A DNA stretch of 64,000 bases from Amoebidium appalachense (GCA_963693365.1 CAVNZM010000003.1:2741087-2805086); one strand, 5' to 3'; positions 38,982-50,565 are shown, counted from the stretch's first letter. A program made the numbers and translations. Notes: generated from the letters alone by a model not told the origin.

Positions 38982-39664
38982 GAAACACGTACATGTATAA
39001 ACATGAATTTTTTATTTTTTTATTTTTTTATTTTTTTTTTTTTGGGGGGGGGGGGGGGGGTAAGGTGTATGGGTATGCATGCTGCCCTGTTTGACGAAAG
39101 AGGTTTGCGTGTACATGTTTGTGCGTAGGCATGCACGGGTGCTACCGGTGACGGGGTAGGGGGCTGGGGTGAGCTTTTGACGGGTGACCGGGCGATGGAC
39201 GTGTGTGTCAAGTATGGGGGGTTTAGAATGAGTTATGGAGTGCAAAATACACATCATTAGTTACAAATGACACCATTACCAGCACACGTATGCATTTTTA
39301 AGTGGGGCCTCCGCTTACTACGCTGGTGATTACGGGGGTGTTTGTCTTGCAGCTGTAAAAGATGGGTTCAGGTGGTGTTGTTGGAATCCGGAAGCAACCC
39401 CCCCCCCCCCCCCCCCCCTCCCCTCCCGTTCTATCCTTATTGTTCCTTTTTATTCTTTAGTCTTTTCTCTTTTGTGTGTGCCGGGGGGGGGGGGGGGGGG
39501 GGAGGGGGGAGGGGGGAGGGTGGGGAGGGGGCGGGTGGGAAGGGGGGGGGGGGGGGGGGGGGATTCGTGTGCATGTGTGTTTATGTGCTTACTTGTGCAG
39601 CTTCCTATTTGTTTATCTACCTAATCATTTTTATTTATTATTTTTTTGGTGTGGGTTCTTTTTT

Positions 39665-39705
<41 letters not shown>

Positions 39706-40589
39706 GGGTGGGGAGGGGGGGTGGGGGCGGGTGGGGGGGGGGGGGGGGGGGGGGGGGGGGATACGTGTGCATGTGTGTTTATGTGCTTACTTCTGCAGCT
39801 TCCTATTTGTTTATCTACCTAATCATTTTTATTTATTATTTTTTTGGTGTGGGTTCTTTTTTTGTGGGGGGGGGGGGGGGGGGGGATGATTTTGGGGCTT
39901 TTGTCAGTGTAAGCTTTGTGCCAACGGTTTGATTGTGTGGCCGCAGAAGGAGATCAAGCACAGGGGCAGGGCACGGCAGGCCATGCAGTGCTGGAACCAC
40001 TTTATGGAGCACGTCATCAAGCCCGACCACGTGCTACGCCCCAAGCACCGCACACACGTGCACAAAACCATCGCCCCCCTGCTCATGCAGCCCCCGAAAT
40101 TCCCCGACCCGGGCCCGTATGTGGACCGGCCCGACCCGTTCTGCCTGGCCTGCCACATGGTACTTGAAGATGAATCCCCCCCCGAAGAAACCCCACCCGG
40201 CACTGAAAAATGCGTATTTGTGTGTGCCCTGCCTGGAAAGTTATGTGCGGAGGCAGCTAGAGGATGAAGGGGCGCCATGTAGCAGCATGTGTGTGGGCTG
40301 TGCCGGGCCATGCCAAAGTCACCCCCCAACACACGTGTGTGGGCACGTGGGCACGCACGTGTGTCTGATGTGTGCGGGGGCGCTTGGAGGGGAGGCGCTG
40401 GTTTTGGATTTACAGGCACAGGCACAGGAGGGGGAGGGTGAAAGGAGGAGGATCAACTACGATGGGCCCGTGTGTGGGGGGGGCTGCCGGTATGCACGCA
40501 GGGAGCTGGTGGGTCGGTTGAGGGATTTGGATGACGTGGCAGGCACGATGCTTGCACTGGGCAGACAGCTGGGGGTGGACTTGGGCTAG
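37479..40589 (+). CDS. Nuclear zinc-finger protein with a C-terminal ADD-like domain, 3 exons, ~323 aa; one frameshift in a C8 run
   Basis: Exons 37479-37634, 38643-38816, 39947-40589 (GT-AG, phase 0). NLS-like RKRRR. Removing one C at 40176-40183 gives FCLACH...HPALKNAYLCVPCLESY...DEGAPCSSMCVGCAG...VCGHVGTHVCLMCAGALGG...VCGGGC followed by a helix. This matches the GATA-like finger, PHD finger and helix layout of ADD domains. Confidence 0.72.
39563..39866 (+). repeat. Two-copy ~105-bp direct repeat (period ~198 bp) in intron 2 of the ADD-like gene
   Basis: CGTGTGCATGTGTGTTTATGTGCTTACTT...GGTGTGGGTTCTTTTTT at ~39566 and ~39764, separated by G-runs. Confidence 0.9.
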
Positions 40590-40862
40590 TTTGTGGCGCC
40601 TAGGCTATCTGTTATTAGATTAGATATACTCAAAGCAATTTCGGATTTTGGACTGGGCAGACAGCTGGGGGTGGACATTGGGCCGCTAGCAGTTGGTGGG
40701 GCCCAGGCTATCCATTATTAGTTTGGACATACTCGGTGCAAATTGATTCCGAATTGATTATGGACTGGGCAGGCCGATGCGGGTGGACACGGGCTATTAG
40801 ATATGGCCTAGATAATATGTATGTAGATATTTCCACCCAGTGCTATTAGGGACTGGGCTGGC
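40556..40862 (+). repeat. Degenerate ~100-bp tandem repeat starting in the last codons of the ADD-like gene
   Basis: ACTGGGCAGACAGCTGGGGGTGGAC..GGGC..TAG at 40556, 40652 and 40764 (diverged), with a remnant at 40852. Confidence 0.8.
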
Positions 40863-42400
40863 ATATGCGAATGGACTTGCCAACGTTATGCTCGGGCAGA
40901 GCCAATGCCTGCCTTTTTTGGCTGCTGGTGATTATGATGATAGAGCTCTTAAGATGGACAGAACTAATACACTCCCTGCAGCATAGATGTCCTGGCAGAG
41001 ATACATCAATAAATATAGCCATGAAAGGTGATGGTGGCATGTGATATTGGACCGTGTTTAAATCTTTGGTGTCTGGCGTGCACGTGTGGGTGGGTGTGAG
41101 TGTGTGTGTGTGTACGTACAGATTTTCTCTCTGGGGCGGTGCGGAGCCTCGTCCTTTGGAAAGAAGGCATGTCGGCACATTGCAATTGCGTGGGTGTTAG
41201 TCCGTGGGAACATGGTTTTGACAGCAACTGTGTGTGCGTGATTCCTACATGTGTGGATGACAAAGACTGTCGATCATTGTGTTGTGCGTGTGCGTGTGCA
41301 TGGGTGTGCGTGGACATGTTCTTGTCGCATGCGTGCATGCCTGTTTTGTCTTTTGTGGACATGTAATGCATTTTGGGTCGTTTTCGAATATCCCCCCCCT
41401 CCCCTCCCTCCCCGCACCAGGGCATCGACTTAGTGAATCGGCGACTCCGCCTCCCTCCCCTCCCCCCCTCCCCCCCCCCCCCCCCCCTCCCCCCTCCACA
41501 CACACACACACCGAATTTAACAACGGCAGCCCTCCCCCCCACCCCCCCCCCCCTCCCCCCCCCCCCCCCTCTCTCCCCCTCCACACACACACACACCGAA
41601 TTCAACAACGGCAGCCCCTCCCCCCCACCCCCCCCTCCCCCCTCTCCCCCCCCTCCCCCCCTCCCCCCCACACACACCCACCCACCCCCCAAAACAGAAA
41701 GAGAAATTATGCACAAATGTCACGTGTGCATCATCACCGCTGGGAAGGCGTAGAGTTAAATCGGGCCATGCCCGTTTGAAAAATACTTGGTTGTACTTGC
41801 ACATTCCAAGGCTTCAGACTGACGATAAGTCTTCGTACAGGTCATCGACCCACGATCTTGTGTGTGTGTTTGGTGGCGGTGGTAGTGGTGGTACCGGTGG
41901 CGGTGGTGGTGGTGGTGATGGGGGGAGAGGGGGGGGGGGGGGGGGGGAGGGGGGGGGGGGGGGGGGGGGGCAAGGGATTCAATCGTGACATATTGAGAGA
42001 ACGAGGGGTAGTGGCTTGACGTGCTTAAAAATTTCAAAGTTTTTGTAAAATTGTTGAAAAGCTGAAGGTTGTTCGGAGGGAGAGGTGCTGTAGGTTGTCT
42101 TGCTATTAAGGGGGAACAACATGCAGAACTTTAGCATGGGGCCCGACAAGAGAAAGGGGGGGGGGGGGGGGGGGGAGGAAGGTTGGAGGAGGGGGGGTCC
42201 TTTTTGCTGTAAGATTATCCGCAAAATTAGCCGCGTGAACGGAATCAAAATATTGGTTTGAAATTTGGCAAAATGTTGGTGTATACATACGGAGCTTTGT
42301 GCTTTGACGATACCCCATAGGATATACACCCGAGCTTGGCTCTGGCCGGCGCACGTGCACGTGCACACAGTGTCGCACTGACTTGAACTAACTCTCCGGG

Positions 42401-42437
<37 letters not shown>

Positions 42438-42469
42438 TGTGTGTGTGTGAGTGTGTGTGTGTGTCACGC

Positions 42470-42503
<34 letters not shown>

Positions 42504-42712
42504 TGTGTGTGTGTGTGTTTGGCCAGCGTGTGTGTGTCACGTGTGTGTGTGTGTGTGTGTATGTGTGTTACGTGTGTGTGTGTGTATGTGCGTGTGTGTA
42601 CACGTGTATGTGTGTGTGTTTGTGAGAGAGAGAGTATGTGTGTCACTGCTTATCACGGGGGCCCGCGCCGGGGGGGGGGGGGGGGGGTACCCGGGGTGGT
42701 GTGGTTTTGGGG

Positions 42713-42795
<83 letters not shown>

Positions 42796-43008
42796 GAGGA
42801 GGAGGTCGGAGAGGGGGAGGAGGGGCCGAGGGAGACGACCGCTTTATAAAGTGTATGGGCAATGCCCGTGCACTGATGTCACGTATGTATATGGTAACCA
42901 CGGCATTCTTTACCTGTGGTGGCCTCGTTAGAGTGGGGAGGCCGGGTATGTACCCGAAATTACTCCACTGGCAAGGGGATGAGAAGATTTGGGGTCACGG
43001 TTGGGGGG

Positions 43009-43041
<33 letters not shown>

Positions 43042-43302
43042 GGGAAGGGAGGTTGGGGGAGGGGGGGGGAGGGGGGGGGCCCGGGGGGAGGGGGGCATGC
43101 TGCAGCTAGGTGCAGAAGGTGCTGTCAGAGTTTGCAAGCACGCGCGCGCGTGTGTGTATGTGTTTGTGTGTGTGTGACAGAGGAGAGCCTGAGAGAGAGT
43201 GAGTGAGTGAGCGAGAGAGAGAAGAGAGAGAGAGAGAGAGTGTGTGTGTGTGTGTGTGTGTGTGAGTGAGAGAGAGCGAGAGAGCGAGAGAGGGGGGGGG
43301 GG

Positions 43303-43351
<49 letters not shown>

Positions 43352-43377
43352 GGGAGAGAGAGAGAGAGAGAGAGAAT

Positions 43378-43469
<92 letters not shown>

Positions 43470-44006
43470 GAGAGAGAGAGAGACTCGGAGCCTCGTAGTC
43501 AGAGAAAGAGGAGGGGGGGGAGGGCCGAGTGGAGCGCGGGATGGTGGAGACTAGAGAGGGAGAGGGAGAGGGAGAGAGAGACGAGAGCGAAATGGAGAGA
43601 GAGAGGACATGTCAACAAGAGAGAGAGTGAGAGGTGAGAGAGTGTGAGAGAGAAGAGCACGAAGGGGTGAGGTGGGATGTGACGTTGGGGTCACTAGCAT
43701 CCCATGGCCGTGGCCACGGTGAACGTGCTTCGTACGATGAAAAATGGATCCACTGACGTCGACTGCATGTTCAAACACAAGGCATCGACTCATCGCATAT
43801 ATCGTTCCCAACCTCGGTCAGAGGTTGGGTTTTGGGGGATAGGGGTTTGGGGGAAGGGGAGACCCGGTCTTCACGTGAGATGCCAAGAAAGAGAGATTGT
43901 ACAGCCAATCAGGGCGCTCGAACTTCTATTTGTCTTGGTCACCTCGGGGACCGGGGGAGCCACGACGGGAGTGTCTGATGGGAGTCTTGGCTCGAGCTCC
44001 GGCAAT

Positions 44007-44229
44007 TTACTGGCAATGTGAACACTTTAGACTTTTTGTTGAGTTCTGTTGGTCGTCACATTGAGTATTTATATGATTTTCACACAGTGTTCAGGTATCT
44101 CAGTATGCACTTGTTACTGGATAACTCGTGAAGTTTTTATTGTCTTCTCCGTATGCCGTGCATACTTGCATATCTTTCCGTCGAATAAATCCAGTCAAAA
44201 GAAAAAAAAGAAAAAAAAATTACTGGCAA
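44007..44229 (+). mobile_element. 5'-truncated poly(A)-tailed retroposon (SINE or LINE 3' end), copy 1, with 10-bp target-site duplication
   Basis: About 200 bp nearly identical to 46827-47018. AATAAA followed by an A-tail. TTACTGGCAA flanks both sides (44007-44016 and 44220-44229). Confidence 0.85.
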
Positions 44230-44377
44230 ATTCGCGGCCAATCGCGACCGGGGTGTAATTTTTCGAGATTTTCAAAATTTCGAGAACCACCCGTTGCGAG
44301 CGAGCACGAGATCTAGACCGAAAAAGAAGATATATACGAGATCTGAGAGAGGGAGAGAGAGAGAGAGCGAGAGAGAG

Positions 44378-44416
<39 letters not shown>

Positions 44417-44777
44417 TGTGTGTGTGTGTGCAGGAGACCAGTGTACATGTTCTACACGTGACGCCTTCAAAAGGCCGGCCAGTGCACTCGTGGACTGCAT
44501 TGTAGACGGTCCATGTACATAAACCACGGCCGCGGACCTCACGCGCCAAACATCATGGTACACAAACCAGTCACATGCATACGGGGTTTACGCTGTTTAC
44601 TCGAGGCAAAGAGAACCAGTCTCAGGTATGGGGGGGGGGGTTTTGCTCGGAATATCCCCTCAGCGGTATATCATGATCACGTACATAGATGTCGGGTGGT
44701 GACTATATATCAGGGTTTACTTTCTCTACGAGACACCATAAAGACTACAAGGAGAAATCAATTAGTTGGGGTTCCCC

Positions 44778-44778
<1 letters not shown>

Positions 44779-44828
<50 letters not shown>

Positions 44829-44860
44829 GGGCTCCCCTCGGGACACTCGGTATCAGCTGG

Positions 44861-44909
<49 letters not shown>

Positions 44910-45790
44910 TGTGTGTGTGTGCGCGTGCGCTATAATTTTGTAGTGATGTGTTTCTCAAGCCAATCAATACATCTAATAAACAGGTCGTAGTTACGCGTGT
45001 TTAGTATAAAATCAAGGATGTTGTAATTTACAGGTAGGCTATCTTTCTGGGTGTCTGTTGTGAATGTGACGTGTGTGTGTTGCGGTATTATGTGGTCTAT
45101 CAAACTACATTTGGCGATACATGACCGGTTAAACTGGTGTGTGTGTGTGTTGTTTGGGCATGCAAATGATGCCACCTTATACTTATTAGATCTCCACTGT
45201 ATAGCACGTGTACAGTAAAAGCGTGGTAATTGATCAATAATACCATCAGCTAGAGAAAGACCAGTTCTACAGGAAGGTAATATGTATTTAGGTGTTATAC
45301 ACTTGCGAGTGCCATATTTGGCAATATGGTTGAGGCGGTCAGTATATATAAAACGAGACATAAGGCTTAGTTTTTCAAGGTGTATGCTTTCATCGGGTCT
45401 AGTGTCGTGTGGTATCTTTTTCCATTTGTTATATTGCGTGATTATCTTGTGATTGTGTACATGTTTAATAAGTAAGTGGCAGTCCAAAGTCACACACACA
45501 CTATTGCGGGGTTTATTTGTATTTGTGCCCAGGGGAGAAGGGGAGAGAGAGGGGAGGAAAGAGGGGAGAGGTGAGGAGGGGACAGGTCGGATAGAGAAGA
45601 GAGGGTGGGAGGGCAAATACTTCTTTAAGCGGCTTATGTGCTTATTGAATTTCAGCGCGAGATAGGATACTCTAGCAGCTATTGGGACCAGACCATATAT
45701 CGAGAGCGTTACAGGCCCAGGTTTACAACAGTTGTTAGATAGAATGGAGGCAACTAGATAGAAAGGAGGCAACTGCTATCATAATGGGTT
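44779..45790 (-). mobile_element. 5'-truncated non-LTR retrotransposon (LINE) 3' end
   Basis: Intronless AT-rich 280-codon ORF (45772-44930) resembling post-RT C-termini (IYGLVPIAARVSYLALKFNKHI; CPNNTHTHQFNRSCIAKC; NILDFILN), then a (CA)n-containing 3' UTR and a 46-nt poly(A) (T run 44779-44824). The RT core is absent, so the family is inferred. Confidence 0.68.
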
Positions 45791-46535
45791 GCCGTTTTCC
45801 TCGCCCCCCGACACTTTTGGAGTACTAAGGGCCCATTATCCAACACAAGATTGGGTGACTGAGGACGATTCAATCAAGGATATGTATGACATGGCTCTGG
45901 CGTGGCCTTTGAAATCCTCGAGCTTGACATACACGCTTCGACCGAGGTTGGGCCATATTCGAGGATCAAATCCGAGAATCATTTATATATAGATGATGGG
46001 CTGCCAACTTGGCTGATCATGACCATCGTCATGCATATGCATGGCGGACCACGTGACGCACACACATCGAGGCCCGTCACCCACATGACATACTCATGAC
46101 ATGTCGCGACTCGCTGCCATGATCCGGCGGCGCGCGCGCACCATATGGGCCATCCCTTCGAATTCCCGCAAGTTATCGGTCATGATCAACCTTCTGCCAT
46201 GTTCTGGCACCGCCGAGCCGCGGCGCCCGTGCACGCATTGCCGGGGAAGGCGTTAGACGCTTTACGCGGGCCGCGACTCATAGTCATGTGAGTAGTCATG
46301 TGTTCATGCCACGGTGCAAAAGCCATCATCTATAACATGACTCATACTGCACATAAATATAAAGTTGGGATATTGGGATTATAAACGCTGCGTATTTGTG
46401 TTTGTCATGAATGACTCATGATACATGGATTTTCCGTGACAGCCGGCTGCCCATGCGTGACGCGGCCGTACGGCTGGATCATGCCCGGATGATCATCGAC
46501 ATGCGGATCCCCCAAATCTCATATGTATGGGGCTA

Positions 46536-47034
46536 GTCGTATGTGTGTAACAGCGGATTTACGATTTTCCAGTTTCGGGATTTGGGTAACGCCGTTACGA
46601 CATAGGACTGGATGTGGTCCTACATTATCCTAACAATCAATAATCATACACTAAAAAGCGGGATTCTGGTATAATAAAGCTCCATTTTCCGTAGTTCCTA
46701 TAGACATACTGTTACACACATATGGAAATAGGTTTCAAATCCCCGGGAGCATGGTTATACACGTTGATAGGTGTGAATTTTTATGTCGCGTTTTACCTCT
46801 TTCCCTCCGGGTATCTGCTACACTAGCTGGCAATGTGAACACTTTAGACTTTTTGTTGAATTCTGATTGAGTATTTATATGATTTTCACACAGTGTTCAG
46901 GTATCTCAGTATGCACTTGTTACTGGATAACTCGTGAAGTTTTTATTGTCTTCTCCGCATGCCGTGCATACTTGCATATCTTTCCGTTGAATAAATCCAG
47001 TCAAAAGAAAAAAAAAAAGTTATACACATACGAC
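46536..47034. mobile_element. Small TIR element (MITE-like, ~190 bp) with its right TIR interrupted by a retroposon
   Basis: Left end GTCGTATGTGTGTAACAG (46536-46553). Its exact reverse complement is rebuilt by joining CTGTTACACACATA (46709-46722) to CGAC (47031-47034). Confidence 0.7.
46723..47018 (+). mobile_element. Poly(A)-tailed SINE-like element, copy 2 (longer, ~295 bp)
   Basis: The 3' 190 bp match copy 1. A-tail present. Flanked by GTTACACACATA and GTTATACACATA (12 bp, 1 mismatch). B-box-like GGTTTCAAATCC at 46731-46742. Confidence 0.8.
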
Positions 47035-48080
47035 CCGCCCCACAATAGGAAGTGTTGGGGGACTCGACATGCAACCGTTGTAGCCAATCATCCGCGAGCT
47101 GCTGCTATTCATCTCCTGGGGGCTTAATCATTGTGAAAAGGAAATTTTCACCTGCACATGGATTTTAACAAAGCAAAGCATATGGCTTCTTTTTTTTATC
47201 TCACAAGTTTTTGGATTAATATATTGATATGAAATAGTATAATGATTTACTATACATGTGTAAGTTGCTGCTAGTTCATTTTCATCATGTGAATATCAAA
47301 AATTGGTGCCATACAAAAAATTTATCGGCCGCGTTCAAAGGCTGCTCACGGCTCGTGGGAGTCCATGGGACATTCAATCGTCGGAGCAATTCCGATTGGT
47401 TGGCCTTGTGTTTTCGTGTTTAGCAGTTGGCGGGCCAATCACGGTAACCTGAGCGCGGTAATTCTTGTGATCTCTTTAAGTTCTGGGGATAAGAAATAAG
47501 AAGTGTGTAATTCTCTTACGAACTCTCTTAAAAATGCAATAAGAAAAAGCTTTAAAGTCATTCTTAACATACAGATAGTTATAAATTCAAACATATTAAA
47601 ACAAATTTATATTATTTAGTTAAAATACAGTCCGTGCCCGGCACGGCGGCACCCCTTTGCATTCGAACGTTGAACACCCTTCAAAATCCGGTGGTAGGTC
47701 AGGCTGTGATTGGCCCAGCTGGTGAGCCCATTATATGAGGCTCATCCAATCAAAGCCTAGGGAGTGATCACAGTGTGTGACACTTTCGATTGGTGCCATC
47801 CGATATATGGGAGGGGCAACATCGGGAGCATATAGACAGCTGTCTATGAGTGAGAGGCGGGTCTTGGACGGTAATTATGAGCAGTTTTTACGGATTTATC
47901 TTATATATACTTATATATATATCAAAACTTAAGTTTCAATAAAAATCCCCCCATATAAATAAACACTATTTGTTCGCCAAAAAGCCACTAGGCCCTGAGC
48001 AATCCTCAAGGAAGCTTTTTGCCCTCCTCCCCGGAGGGCAGTGATCACGGGTGAAGCTCGCCTATCGTCCGCTCGCCAGG

Positions 48081-48088
48081 TATAAAAG
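48081..48088 (+). promoter_or_regulatory. TATA box of the kinase gene
   Basis: Consensus TATAAAAG 76 bp upstream of the ATG. CCAAT/ATTGG motifs at ~47709, ~47746 and ~47789. Confidence 0.6.
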
Positions 48089-48156
48089 GCCCTGCGCAGC
48101 ACATACGCTGTCAGAATTCCGTTCGCCACATTATACGCTATGCTCGGTCATCGAAA

Positions 48157-49080
48157 ATGAACGCCTACAGGCTAGAAAAGTTCCTGTGCAAGGGTGCCTA
48201 TGGCTCCGTCCACCGCGGCACACACATGCCCTCAGGTGCCTGCGTGGCCATCAAAACCATGAAGGCTAGCGCCGTCACAACACGCGAGTGCGACATTGCC
48301 CAGTCGCTGCACCACCCAAACGTTATCGAGACATACGAGGTTGTTGGGGCCCAGGGCAGCAGTGCCATATATATGGTGCAGGGTTGCGGTGAGGGTGGTG
48401 ACCTGTATGACTTCATGTCCAAGCGCGGCCCCCTCAACGAAAGCCCACGGCTTCTCAAGCAGATCGTGTACCAGATGGTGGCCGGCCTGCGCTACCTGCA
48501 CGAGGAGGCCGGTGTTGTGCACCGCGACATCAAGCTCGAGAACTTCGTGCTGCGCAAGCCCCTGCGCGGCAACGCTGTCCCGGAGGTGTGCTTGATCGAC
48601 TTTGGCCTGTCGCAGCGCACAGTGAACGGTATGGTGCGCGGCCAGGCCGGTACCGAGGGCTATATGGCGCCGGAGGTTGCCTGCCAGCGAGGCAACCGTG
48701 ACCGCGAGGTTGACGGGCGCAAGGCCGACGTGTTCAGTGTCGGTGTGCTCATCTACGCCATGCTGACCTGCGGCCTGCCCTTCGAGTCTATGGACCCTGC
48801 TACCGATGCGTCCTACCGCGAGTACCTCGAGCGCGTGCAGAGCGGCTGCCTGGGTGCGGTGTTCAACCAGGACCCTGAGAGTGTGGGCATCACCCCCGAG
48901 CTTGCTGAGCTTCTCGACCACATGCTGTGCCCAGACCCTGCCCAGCGCTGCACGTTTGCTGACGTGCTCCCCTACTTCGAGCTGCCCTGGCTGGCCTGTG
49001 AGCTGGTGGGCGACCTGCAGGGCCCTGTGTGCCTGCGCCCCCAGACAAACTCTGTGCTGCTTACGGCCCAGGCCTGCTAG
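48157..49080 (+). CDS. Ser/Thr protein kinase (CAMK-group-like), intronless, 307 aa
   Basis: LCKGAYGSV, VAIK, helix-C Glu, HPNVI, HRDIKLEN, DFG, GTEGYMAPE, ADVFSVG and DPAQR. AATAAA at ~49274. Confidence 0.96.
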   Translation: MNAYRLEKFLCKGAYGSVHRGTHMPSGACVAIKTMKASAVTTRECDIAQSLHHPNVIETYEVVGAQGSSAIYMVQGCGEGGDLYDFMSKRGPLNESPRLLKQIVYQMVAGLRYLHEEAGVVHRDIKLENFVLRKPLRGNAVPEVCLIDFGLSQRTVNGMVRGQAGTEGYMAPEVACQRGNRDREVDGRKADVFSVGVLIYAMLTCGLPFESMDPATDASYREYLERVQSGCLGAVFNQDPESVGITPELAELLDHMLCPDPAQRCTFADVLPYFELPWLACELVGDLQGPVCLRPQTNSVLLTAQAC

Positions 49081-49518
49081 AATGGCAATATGACGCTAGC
49101 TGCTGTGTGCGGCATATATGTACCTATGAAGTTAGTTTTAAACGTGAATATGTACATAGAAGTGACTGGAGTGAGTGTGTGACGCACTGCCATGGCTTGA
49201 GGCTGGACCCCGCCTGGCACACGAATGATATGCGCGAATGGATGATGAATAAGGCTGCCTGAAGGCGGCATGAAATAAATATGATGAAACGTGAATGGCA
49301 CTTTCGGCAGTGTTTACTCCCCGGGCCCCCCCCCTTCCCAACCCTCCCAACACACACACACACACACACACACACCCTAACACACTTGCACAAACCGATG
49401 CAGAAAAAAAGTAAAATAAAATAAAATAAAATAGAACGATGCCTCTACGTATGCCCTCTTCAACACCCACCAGTGCAGAAGCGAGAAATAGATCATTAGT
49501 ATCCCCCCCCCCCCCCCC

Positions 49519-49552
<34 letters not shown>

Positions 49553-49843
49553 ACTCTCACGCGTACACACACACACACCGGTGTGTGCACACACGGATGT
49601 CTAGGGGTCGTGTGGATGATTTGGGGCTAGCCCAACTCGGTTGTGTTTCAGTAACACTTGTTTGCACTCCTGCTGACTACTTCAATCTTTTTTCCCCTCT
49701 TTTTTTTTAAACTCAGATCGGATCTGTTTCTTGCTGTAATTATGCTATTTTATTTCAAGTTTTTTGCCACATCTAAACTTTTGTGCATGTGTGTTTGTGC
49801 AACTGTACTATAGCTAATTAGGTTGTGTGTGTTTTATCGTATC

Positions 49844-49885
<42 letters not shown>

Positions 49886-50420
49886 CGCGCGAGGGTGTTT
49901 TTTCCAGACAATACACCATTGCTTGTTGGGTAGATCCCAATTCACTGAATATACCCTGCATACACACGTGCACGTACACTTGGAGCAATAGAACACTGCA
50001 CACAGTACAACACACACACGTCCAAGCACTGCACGCACTTTGAAAACACTGCACGCACAAGCACAAACATGGATAAGGCACTGCACCGTGCTATGGTTTG
50101 GCCACTAGAGATTTCAACTCGGGTTTTTATTGGCTCCCGGGAGTGGATAACACTGCACACATTCTCATATGCTAACAGTATATAGATATAGGGGCCTTGA
50201 CACACACACACAGGCACAGGAACACAAGTACGGATAAAGAATTGGATACACACGCTCACTACAGGAAAACATTGATGATTATATCACCCCGGCCCGTGCA
50301 ATGGCACCCACAGTGGCAGATGGCTACGTTTCAATAAATACAGGGAGGGCGAGGGTGGCGGGTAAATTGAGGCCACGGCCGGTGCTATGATTGCAAATGG
50401 GGGGGGGGGGGGGGGGGGGG

Positions 50421-50514
50421 GGGGCTCTGTTCCGATCTTTGCGGAAATAAATGTGGGCTAGCTAAATCATGTACAAGTGGTGACGGGTGGGAGACGGAAC
50501 GATGGAACCCGGCA

Positions 50515-50565
<51 letters not shown>

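Noticed and set aside
39353-39371. 19-nt micro-exon that might remove the frameshift in the ADD-like gene
   Set aside because: It contains an in-frame TAA and would lose the first CxxC of the zinc finger.
41100-41366. Cys-rich 88-aa ORF resembling a small disulfide-rich peptide
   Set aside because: The cysteines derive largely from TG-rich sequence, the start is non-ATG and there is no signal peptide.
48232-48921. 229-aa antisense ORF over the kinase, and similar overlapping ORFs over the F-box gene
   Set aside because: These are shadow frames expected from high GC3 codon bias.
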